A stretch of 64,000 nt of DNA from NCBI GenBank assembly GCA_951406725.2, contig OX597816.1, positions 75,020,001 through 75,084,000 of the forward strand, given 5' to 3'. The stretch's first letter is position 1, and each line of letters starts with the position of its first letter. Origin of the DNA: Octopus vulgaris (taxonomy: Eukaryota). The notes beneath the pieces were generated by a model that was given only the letters and a program-made list of their open reading frames with translations, searched no databases and was not told the origin of the DNA. The translations under genes and the position numbers were made by a program. This document shows positions 52,637-64,000 of this stretch, piece after piece.

Positions 52637-53536
52637 TACAGGGTGTTCAGGCTAAATTAGATTTTTTTTATGTCTCCTTTCTTCAGGAACAGCTTCATGT
52701 ATTGGTGAACAGTCAACTGCATTGGAGAGCATAAAGATTAAAGTTGTAATTGAGAAAAAGTTAGCAGATGTGGAGAATTGGAAGCCATCTGAATATTGGA
52801 AGAGAGTTATCTGTATCATGTTGATTCATGCCGGATATCAAAATGCCAACATCATGACAATTTCTCAGTACTCTGTAAATGCTGTAAAGGCTGTAAGACA
52901 TGACATGGCCATCAAGAAAACCAAGTTCCTCAAACTGTGATGGTATTTGGGTGTGTCTCCAGTGAGGGTGATATCATGCAGCTCCACATCCTTGAACAGG
53001 GCCTTGGGCTCAATTAAGATGGCTATGTGAAGCTGCTGGAGACTGTCGTCAAACCTTGGTCAGGGAGGGTTGCTGCTGGAAGGCCATGTGTGACAGCAGG
53101 ATTTGGCTCCTTGCCATACCTCCAGAAAGAACCAGAAGTTATCAGAGAATACCAACGACTTTACTATCCCCAATTTCCGGCCTCCTAATTCCTTCAGTTG
53201 TAATCCCAAATCTATACATAGGCTGCAGCTGAGAAAGACACCGGCTGCTTTGCCTACAACACCAAGGCCAAACTGGTGGCCAAGATCAAAGAGGTATTCA
53301 AAGATCTTCCCATAGACACAACAAGGAACACATGCCAGGTTCCAGAGCCATCTTCAGGTTATGGTGGAAGCAGAGGACATCTACTTTGAATAAACTGTTA
53401 CCTTCCAGCCATCATCTAGTGGATATTTTCTAATTTTTTTAAAATACTTTATTTCTGGATGGGATATTGTTTTCTTTTCCTTTTATGCAAACTGTCAAAT
53501 TTAGTCTGCCAATTTTTCTGCTTTCCTCCCGCCCTA
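52637..53536 (+). mobile_element. Decayed Tc1/mariner-superfamily transposase element
   Basis: TA|CAGGGT start. Fragmented peptides 'VMVFGCVSSEGDIM', 'QQDLAPCHTSRK' and 'PPNS' with stops and frameshifts. Confidence 0.7.
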
Positions 53537-54651
53537 TCTTTTTTCCTTCTTTCATTTCCATTTTGTCTTTTGTTCTTTCTTTCTTTACTTCTTTCTCTTT
53601 ATTATCCTTTGTTTTCTATCTGTATCAAAATAAGTTGTCATTTTCTAGGTATGCCTAGACATTGAACATTGATTCTGTCTTTCTCACTCTATATCTTTCT
53701 TATATATAGAGAGACAAAGAGAGGTGAAAGAATGAGACAGGGAGAGAGTCTAAAGACAATTCATTATTTATTCAACAACAACGCAACAATTGACTGATTA
53801 ACAATTATGGCTGTTTTGATAACTGGTAAAGCAAACAATGTAACAACCTTATTTTATCTAGATTTAATAGCAATTATAGAGTTATTTTTTGGTGTGGTAG
53901 GAGTGTGTGTTCAGTATGTCTCATGAAATTGTAGATCTGCACCAGGAAAACCTGCAATTGCCCATGCATGCAAGTCTCCCCCTCTCTATGCTACCAATAT
54001 TGTCCATGAGAAAGGCAAAGGGCTGACACAGCTTAGTACTGGCATCAACATCATCATCATCATCATCGTTTAACGTCCGCTTTCCATGCTAGCATGGGTT
54101 GGATGATTTGACTGTGGTCTGGCAAACCAGATGGCCGCACCAGGCTCCAATCTTGATCTGGCAGAGTTTCTACAGCTGGATGCCCTTTTCCTAATGCCAA
54201 CCACTTCGAGAGTGTAGTGGGTGCTTTTACGTGCCACCGACACAGGGGCCAGTCAGGCGGTACTGGCAACGACCTCGCTCAAATGTTTTGTGTGTGTGTG
54301 TGTGTGTGAACTCCCTCATAAACACACACATGTATATACAGTTACACTCACACACACCACAGTCTGTCATGGTAGGTTTTTCTTTTAGAAAAGTGGTTTT
54401 CAACCATTTTTTTACCTGTGGACCACTTTGGTGCCTATTTTACTCAGGTGGACCCCCATAACCATTTGACATTTTAAAAATAAAATCCTATTTTATTTTT
54501 ATAATTAGGAATCATATTAGAAAATTTTTATTAATATATTTCATATATTGTAGAGGTATAACCAATTTATTGCACATAAGCTTTAACAAAAACAATTTTA
54601 TATGGGTCCCCAAGGGTCATATGGACCCCCGGTTGAGAACCACTGTTTTAG

Positions 54652-54730
<79 letters not shown>

Positions 54731-54845
54731 AGAAGGAAGGAAGGAAGGAAGGAATTTTAGGTTGATGAATAAGATAAGCAGATGTGTAAGTGATTGGTGG
54801 ACTTAGATGGGTTGGTAAGTGGATACACATTAGATATATATATAT

Positions 54846-55681
54846 AAAAAAAAAAGTATAAACATAAACTAAAATGCTTAAAATATTAGTCATTGTGCAA
54901 ATGCTCTTTCCTCACTGCACTAGTATTTCTATTCAGAATTTATATGCTTTGCAATAAATATATACACTTCTACTTGACTGAAGGTTTTTCATGCAGGTGG
55001 CATCACTGAGCAGTTCTTCTCAATGTTTTGTTGTTGGTGTTATTTTTAGAGATGGTGAATGGGTGGATGGATAGACGAATGGATTTTAATAAAAACAATA
55101 TAAAATATAGAGATGTACTTGCATAGCAAGTGACCTGATCTGAGATCGTGTGCTGGAACGAAAACAATTGCAGCGTGGAATGTGTTTATAAGCCATTTAA
55201 GAAACACACAAAAAATTTCATGCAGGTGGCATCACTGAGCAGTTCTTCTCAATGTTTTGTTGTTGGTGTTATTTTTAGAGAAGAACTGCTCAGTGATGCA
55301 CCTACATGAAATTTTTTGTGTGTTTCTGAAATGGCTTATAAACACATTCCACGCTGCAATTGTTTTTGTTCCAGCACACAATCTCAGATCGGGTCACTTG
55401 CTATGCAAGTACATCTCTATATTTTATATTGTTTTTATTAAAATCCATTCGTCTATCCATCCACCCATTCACCATCTCTAAAAATAACACCAACAACAAA
55501 ACATTGAGAAGAACTGCTCAGTGATGCCACCTGCATGAAAAACCTTCAGTCAAGTAGAAGTGTATATATTTATTGCAAAGCATATAAATTCTGAATAGAA
55601 ATACTAGTGCAGTGAGGAAAGAGCATTTGCACAATGACTAATATTTTAAGCATTTTAGTTTATGTTTATACTTTTTTTTTT
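54846..55681. repeat. Long near-perfect inverted repeat (~405-bp arms, 27-nt loop)
   Basis: 54846-55250 is the reverse complement of 55278-55681, with only a handful of mismatches. Confidence 0.92.
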
Positions 55682-58168
55682 GACAAATTTAAATGTTTAA
55701 GTGAATCTAACGGTTTTTGTGTGTTTCTTAAATGGCTTATAAACACCTTCCACACTGCAATATAAAATATAGTTATAAAATAATATTTATCAATATCTTT
55801 AACTAATTACGAGGAGGTGCTGAAATGTTCTTGGCTTTATGGGTATTGCAAAAGACCTGGTTGGCGCTCCAACCTTCCAAGTTCTTTTACAGAACTTAGT
55901 AAAACTGAAGGACTGCTGCAATAAATATGTGAATCGGAGAGGAGAATATATTGGGTCAACTTGACATCCGCATCTTATCCAAGCACTCAAAAGACCCAAC
56001 ACTCAGACAAATACGGGAGTACGTCCTTATAAATGAAACCTCCCCAATACTAAATAGGAAATATACACAGTAAATACCATACCTCCATACCCACAGTTTA
56101 CACAGGTAGAGTAGAATAGTTAGTGGACTGTTAGGTAGATAAACGTATGTATGTATGTGGGTGTGAGTGTGTGTGTATGCACTTTTTTTTTCTGTATGTA
56201 AGCATATAGATATGTAAATAAACAGATCAATATACAGACAGATAAGTATATAGACTATATGAACAGACACATATGGAGACACGGATCCACACATACAAAG
56301 ATGCACATCCATACAAACATGGTACATAGTTGCATAACACACATACAGGCATTCACACACAAGGAGACAGAGGTGCATACATAAACAAACACATGCTCAC
56401 ACACACATACATAGAAAATACACAAACACGGACATGCAAGCACATAAATATGCAGGATACGTACATACAGATGCACACACATATATACATATGCACACAC
56501 ACAAATATATACATACATAAACATGCAAACACACACATACATACGTACATGCATGCATGTATAGGCACACACACACACACACTGACCCACAAACAAACAA
56601 AAGGGAGCGCAGTGTAAATAAAGGACAGAGTCAAAACTATTGAAAAGGTTGCAAGACGCAATGAAAATTTTAGGAAAATAAAAATAAGTGGAAATTTTAC
56701 CGGTGAGTGTGTTAAATAATAAGGCACAAAAAGAAAATGACTCTCCCCAGACACAAATGAAGACATGTTAACAGAAATAGAAAATCCTATAAAATTCAGT
56801 TTTCCTATGATTATATATATATAATCATCATCATTAAACATCTATTTACCATGCTGTCATGGGCTGGATTGTTTGACAAGAACTGGTAAGTCAGAAGACC
56901 ACACCAAGTTCTGCCGTCTACTTTGGAATGGTTTCTTATTTCTTTATTGCCCACAAGCAGCTAAACATAGAGGGGACAAACAAAGGGATTAAGTCGATTA
57001 CATTGACCCCAGTGCATAACTGGTACTTAATTTATCGACTCCGAAGGGATGAAAGGCAAAGTCACCCTCGGTGGAATTTGAACTCAGAATGTAACAGTAG
57101 ACGAAATACCGCTAAGCATTTTGCCCGGCGTGCTAACGTTTTTCTGCCAGTTCACCGCCTATTTTGGAATGGTTTTTATGGCTGAATGCCCTTCCTAATG
57201 CCAACCACTTTATCCAGTGCACAAAACTCTCAGCCCTTGAGTTACTCTGTTGCTTCTGCTATATATATATATATATATACAAATATATATATATGTGTAT
57301 GTATGTACAAGCACAGACATGGCTGTGTGGTAAGAAGTTTGCTTTCCAACTACATGCTTCCGGGTTCAATCCCACTGCATGGTACCTTGTGCTTCTACTA
57401 TAGCCTTGGGCTGACCAATACCTTGAGAGTGGATTTGATAGATGGAACCTGATAGAAGCCTGTCATATATAAAAAAAAGTCACAAATGACCTGTCCTTTT
57501 TGTGTCCTGTATTTTTTGTTTCCTGTCCTAATTGTTGTCTTACCTGTCTGCAGTTTGTCTCAATGTTTTGTTGTCCTCTATTGCATTTTTGTTCCATTTT
57601 TTATATTTATATATACATATAGCAGCGTACATACACACACACCAGAGTACCACACATTTGCTCCACAGACACAACCACACGCATACACACACACTTCAAA
57701 CTACCAGTTAAACATCTTTCTACTGACCTTTCTCCTATGCACATGTGAAGGGAGACACACAAAAGACAGCCACTCCTACCAAAAATTCCCACTGTAAATT
57801 CTTCCTATGACATTAAGCGCAACACAAAGTCCACTCACACACACACACACACATGTTATTATTAGACACACACACACATACACCTACATGCACACATATA
57901 ACCACACATACACATATCTCATTCTCTTGCACTCTCCTGTCTTAAAAATAACTTTTTCTTCACCCATTCCCTTCCTGTCATTCCAAAATGTAAACGCATG
58001 TGTATCATTGGTGATTTTCTTCCTCTGTCTTCCCTTCTTTTGGACTTTGCTCTATTTCTGAAGAAGAGCAAGGCTCAAAACGTTAAATCCTCCTTCTTTC
58101 CTGAGTGTCTGATAATACAGTACTTGTACCATGTCCTCGTGTTATTGCTTTTTCTTGTTTGTTCAGAT

Positions 58169-58172
<4 letters not shown>

Positions 58173-58210
<38 letters not shown>

Positions 58211-58282
58211 CATATGTATGTGTATATATATATACATATGTATGTATGTGTGTGTGTATATATATATATATATACATATGTA

Positions 58283-58325
<43 letters not shown>

Positions 58326-58390
58326 GTATGTGTGTGTGTGTATATATATATATATACATACATATGTGTGTGTGTATATATATATATCTA
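58173..58390. repeat. Compound (TA)n/(TG)n microsatellite inside a SINE
   Basis: Direct reading. Other simple repeats at ~8948-9010, 11090-11220, 54655-54752 and 56280-56580. Confidence 0.9.
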
Positions 58391-60103
58391 CGTGTGTATG
58401 TCTTTGTGTCAAGGTTTGTCCCCTCATTAATACTTGACAAGCAGTGTTGGTGTGTTTACATCCCCATAACTTAGCGGTTTGGCAAAAGAGACCGATAGAA
58501 TAAGTCCTGAGGTCGATTTGTTTGACTAAAACCCTTCAAGGCGGTGCTCCAACATGGCCACAGTCAAATGACTGAAACCAGTAAAAGAGTAAAAGATTGT
58601 TACACACACACACACTCATACACATAAACCTAATGCTAACCAGCAGAGAAAAAAAAATTATTTCCTTGCAGAGCTTTATCTGTTTGATATTCGAACAAAC
58701 ACCAACAGTTCAAAGAATAATATTTGTATTATTATCTTTGTGTTGAAAGAATAGTTGAATGATTAGTGCGGTGGTTGCAGGGTGGGTTGAGGATTGATTG
58801 GTGGCGAGAGATCAAAGCTTATAGCAAAATTCAGGTCGGATGAATAGAAAACAATAATATTCTTTAAGTATTGTTTATTCATCTCTTCACAGGATAAAGC
58901 AGTCCCTGGATAAAAAGTGATGAAAATTCTCTGAAGAGCTATCATCATCATTATCGTTTAACGTCCACTTTCCATACTAGCATGGGTTGGACGATTTTGA
59001 CTGAGGGCTGGCGAACCAGATGGTTGCACCAGGCTCCAATTTGATCTGGCAGAGTTTCTACAGCTGGATGCCCTTCCTAACGCCAACCACTCCGCTATAT
59101 GTTTGTTAACCTTTGTAAAATAATGGAATGGAAGAGGATTGTGAGATATTTTCTTTTAAGTAGCTCCCACCCATCACAAATTTGAAAATGGACATATTGT
59201 CTCCTTCTTTTCCTCATGGCCACTGGATGGACTGAACTACAAAATGATGATGATGGTGACACGTAAAACGCACCCACTTGGTGTTAGGAAGGGCATCCAG
59301 CTGTAGAAACACTGCCAGATCAACCTCTAATTATATATATATGTATGTATATATGACAGGCTTCTTTCAGTTTCTGTCTACCAAATCCATATATATATTA
59401 TCATCATCATCATACAATGTTTCCATGCTCATATTTATTGAGGGGGATTTTCTATAGCTAGATGCCCTCCCTGTCACCAACCTCTCCTGTTTTGAAGTAA
59501 AGTAAGATCACCCCATAACCAAACATATTTCACAAAATATTAGAGACGAAGGACACTGGTAGCATGACAATGATGCCAATTTACAATTATCATATGATGT
59601 CAATGTAAGGAGACACAAACACACATCCCTGTGCCGGTGGCACGTAAAAAGCACCATACGAACATGGCCGATGCCAGCGCCGCCTTGACTGGCTTCCAAG
59701 CCGGTGGCACGTAAAAAGCACCAACTGATCGTGGCCGTTGCCAGCCTCACCTGTCCCTGTGCCGGTGGCACGTAAAACGCACCCACTACACTCACAGAGT
59801 GGTTGACGCTAGGAAGGGCATCCAGCTGTAGAAACACTGCCAGATCAGACTGGAGCCTGGTGCAGCCTTCTGGCTTCCCAGACCCCAGTCGAACCGTCCA
59901 ACCCGTGCTAGCATGGAAAACGGACGTTAAACGATGATGATGATATATACATATAACAGGCTTCTTCAGTTTCCATCTACTAAATACACTCACAAGTCTG
60001 TGGTGAGCCTGGGGCTATAGTAGCAGACACTTATCCAGGGTACCATGCAGTGAAACTGAATCCAGAAAAATGTGGTTGGGAAGCAAATAGCTTATCACAC
60101 TAC

Positions 60104-60134
<31 letters not shown>

Positions 60135-60829
60135 CAGCCAGGAGTTCATATATCTGGAAAGAAGCACACTCTAAAACATTAACCCTTTTGTTACTATATT
60201 TATTCAATACAGGAATTTAAAAAATTTTGTGTCAAGTTGACACCATGTGTCATTAACCCTTTTGTTCCTGTATTTATTTTGAGATGCTCTCTGCTTCTTT
60301 CAATTACTTTAAATATAACAAAGAATTTAGTAAAATAACTTAGTTATCATTCAGCTAGTGTTAGGAACATAAATTGTGACTAAGGTTTGGTGGAATATTT
60401 TAATTCAAAACTAATTGAAAACAAGACATTTGTACTCAGAGCCAGAGCTGGATTCAGCAAGGTTGGTAATGAAAGGGTTAAAGCAGTAATACTTGGAAGG
60501 GTGTTAAGGAGATTAACTGGCAGAAACATTAGCATGCCAGGCGAAATGCTTAGTGGTATTTTGTTTGTCTTTACATTCTGAGTTCAAATTCTGCCAAGGT
60601 TGACTTAGCCTTCCATCATTTTGGGGTTGATAAATTAAGTACCAGTTGCATACTGGGGTTGATCTAATCAACTCGCCCCCTCCCCCAAAAGTTTGGGCTT
60701 TGTGCCTAAAGTAGAAAAGAATACTTGAAAGGTTGTTTGTTATGGGGGTCAGAGCATTTTACATTTATAAAGCACTTAGCTGTACAGGCAACTTGTTACA
60801 CACATTGGCCAGAGATTTTCCTTAATTTA

Positions 60830-61420
60830 GTAGACAAGACAAAGACTTCCCTTGAACAAATAGGTTCAGTAAAATATTTAATAGGCACACCATGAGGGGT
60901 TTCTTTTAGCTGTGCACCCACTGTAAAAAAAATAGTAGTAAGACTACACCTGAGACAGAACCACAATGCTCATGTAGGAGCAACACAGCATGTCCACTTA
61001 AAGGCCACTATAATATGGAAACTGCTGTGTATGAGACAGAGGTAACAACAAGTGGACTAAATGGGCAACCTAATGTGTGAAAGTATGTGGGAGCAACCGA
61101 AGGGCCCTTCAACCTGATACAGCATCCACGAGTCTTCCTTCAACATCCTGGAGAGATGAAATGCCACAACCCTGGCCAAATACATATGCCTATTGAAAGG
61201 AAGCATCCCAGAATACAACAAAGTAGAGGATATTGGAAAAATGCAAAGCTTTACTCCAATGGTAGCAAGAAGTGCAGATTATGTTTAGCCAGGAAAAGAG
61301 CTATATTAAAGAACTCTCAGCACCCAGGCATCTATCTGAACAACCGAAATGAAATTTTTAATCCTTACCTACATGAATGGAAGTGCATCCTATCATACCT
61401 ATGTGCCCCAATGTGACTAT
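60830..61420 (+). mobile_element. Penelope-like element remnant (GIY-YIG endonuclease region)
   Basis: Fragments 'VYETEV...YVGATEGPF' and 'YSNGSKKCRLCL...LNNRNEI', typical of Penelope-type GIY-YIG C-termini. Frameshifted. Confidence 0.6.
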
Positions 61421-64000
61421 AATTGCCAGTTTGCCAAAGTCGGCTTATTAACACCAATACCTGAGAATCTGGCAGAGTTTGACCAGAACATACACAAATA
61501 CACTCAGACACACATACACCTTAACAAGGCAGACATACCCAATGGATCATTTTTCCACCATGCTGATGTTATTATTATTTATTATTATGTTATTATTATT
61601 TATTCAAAGCACTTGGGATAATAATAATTCGTTCGTTTATTGGTCACAAGGACTAACAAAAATCAATTAAAACATAAAGGGACAAAACACAGGACGAAAG
61701 TTACAAAGGGTTTTGTCCGTTTGATAATAATAATAATAATAATAAACCTGTTGTCATAGGTGCCCTGGGAATGATAGCAAAAGGAGTTGATTGCAACCTA
61801 ACTCAGATACCAGGAAACCCCAAAATGGCAGAAATTCAAGATAGTGCTCATATCCTACGCAAAATACTTTCTATGTAACCTCAAGTTTTAAAACAAACAT
61901 AATTTTCATAAGGTTTTTTTTTTAGACATTCACTAGTACAACACTAAGTACAAAACCAAATATATGGCACCCTAGGCATAACACCAACATGAACTTCCAA
62001 CCTGTTGTCTCTTGAGGTCTCTGGGTGAGACTTGGAGCCAACTTGTACAAATGTAAAGCAAAAGTCAAACATAGAATAATAATAATAAAGTAGATATGCA
62101 TTTATCGACCGCTTGAATAGTTCCAAAGACCCCTGTTCTTTAACCATACAGCCACGCCTGTGTAAGTTGCGAGTTTGCTATTTTTAACAGGCCCAAGCAA
62201 ACACGAGTAGCTTAATAAATATATCTAATTCTTGTGCTGCATGGGGGATACGAGCGATGGAGAGAGCAGGTAAACAAAATTTGAAAAACACGAATGTTTG
62301 CATTTTTTTTCTTTTTATGTCGAATTACGTGTATAAAATTAACGAAAAATACCTTTAAAATTCAATTAAATGGTGACAGCTGTTCGAAAGACACGATGAA
62401 AAGTGATGGGGTTACGAAGTTTGAAAAAACATGGATTTTTTTTTTTTTTTTGTCTTCTTCATGCAAATTAGTATGTAAGATATTATGATAAAGGAACGAA
62501 AAATACTAGCCCACACCATGCCAAATACCATTTTATTTGTGACAGCTATTCTGAAAGTTCACCCACTTAAGTACTGGGGTCGATGAAACCGACTAACACT
62601 CCCATTAACATTATTGGCGGTGAATTTTTAACAATTATTATTTGTACATTTTGTATTTTCAATTTTCAGCAGCATCGTTAAAAGCATTTAGCTGATTTAT
62701 GAAGCTAATATTGTCGAAGAAACGGATAAAATTATTTTAATTTTCGGTATCTCCAATGTTCAAAACTTAGAAAACTAAAAAATAAAGTTGGAGGTTAGCG
62801 CACGATTTCCCTATTTTTGAATTATTAATTATTTGCTTCGGTAATGCAAAAAAAAAAAGTTATTTTTTACCACTCCCTTCTTTTAGAATTACGCTGCTTA
62901 ATTCAAAGATTACTAATTGACAACTACAAGTAGCATATATGGAAGTTGATTCAAGTCATTATACCAGGAAAACAAAACCATTATTGTTGTATAGCTCTAG
63001 CTTAAAAATAATAATAATAATAAAAGCTTGCTTAATGTTGCTCTATTTCTTGAACAGAAAAAGGGGGCAAAAATGTAAACATAATACATGCTTGACTGTC
63101 GTTCAGGAGGGAAAGTTTCTTATCGACGTGGTAGGGTTGACAGAAGGAATCTTTACCAAGTTTAAATAATTCAACAATGTAATGATAAACCCTACGATTA
63201 CAGATATCTCAGTCATGACCATCTCGCCTTATTTTATTCTATATTTCATGCATAATGTACATTTGGCAACGTAAGCCAATGTTGTCCTTTTCTTAAGACA
63301 GTAGAGTGATTCGACTGACATTTCTAGCGGAACAAACGACCATGCAAAAGCTTCCCAGCGGATTGTGGACTAACGTTAGCTTCCTCACATTGTGTCTCGT
63401 ACAAATCAACAAAATAAAAAAAAAAGAGAGAATGAAAATTGCAGTGTTTACCATAAAAATCGTGTAGAGGGGCCAGAGGTGTCCATTCAGTTACTTGGGA
63501 CATTTTGTAATGTGTACGACTGTCCCTATATCATTTAAAACAGATTGAAGGTGTCTTGTATTTAGTATATCCACTGCGTAGGTGTGTATGTAGTTCAAAA
63601 CGTTATAGATGGGAGAATGCCGTTTTAAGCCCTCGTTTGTTTTATAAAGTTTCTTCAAGTAGTTTGAGTTAGAAGAATAAGTTTAGATAATAAGAAATAC
63701 ACGTAGATGCACATAGAGAGAAAGAGAGATACGAACACTATCTTGTTTAATTAAATGTAATTTTTAATTTCAGCTGCTATTGACACACCGAAAATGTCAT
63801 TGGCTCTGTGAAGAGAGAGGTGGATGGGATAAAAGTCAGTCATGACCAAATGCGAACTTGTTCGGCAAACCAGACGTAGTTAAGGGTGTGTATACACACA
63901 CATCTATATATCATATGCTTATAATTTATGTATGTGTGTACGTGCGCGCGTGTCTATGTATGCTTTGTGCGTGTATAATTATACGTATGTATCTATGACT

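Noticed and set aside
55956-58474. Many ORFs rich in Y/I/C/V/H/T
   Set aside because: Microsatellite translations.

Overview
AT-rich, repeat-dense animal genomic DNA. The SINE families, (ATG)n-tailed repeats and TA/TG microsatellites suggest a cephalopod (Octopus-like); this is an inference. Three spliced genes can be rebuilt by hand. (1) The 5' part of gamma-tubulin complex component 4 (TUBGCP4; minus strand, 9 exons, 19974->2767) runs off the left edge. (2) A complete 60S ribosomal protein L4/uL4 gene (RPL4; plus strand, 9 exons, 20432-33858, 440 aa) lies head-to-head with TUBGCP4 across ~460 bp. (3) Thiamine pyrophosphokinase 1 (TPK1; minus strand, 6 exons found, 49141->34511; first coding exon not located) converges on RPL4. 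The standout feature is RPL4 intron 7. It holds a tandemly amplified ~0.6-0.7 kb cassette with five intact box C/D U18 (SNORD18) snoRNA copies plus decayed ones. Three units also carry a 26-nt AG/GT-flanked stop-containing micro-exon, 78 nt downstream of the D box in the two uninterrupted units. The array is interrupted by a pogo-like transposon with a nested piggyBac and by a CR1-like LINE fragment. Other notable items are an ~835-bp near-perfect palindrome upstream of the TPK1 exons found and a palindromic bidirectional poly(A) signal between RPL4 and TPK1. Most ORFs in the supplied track are spurious repeat or microsatellite translations.
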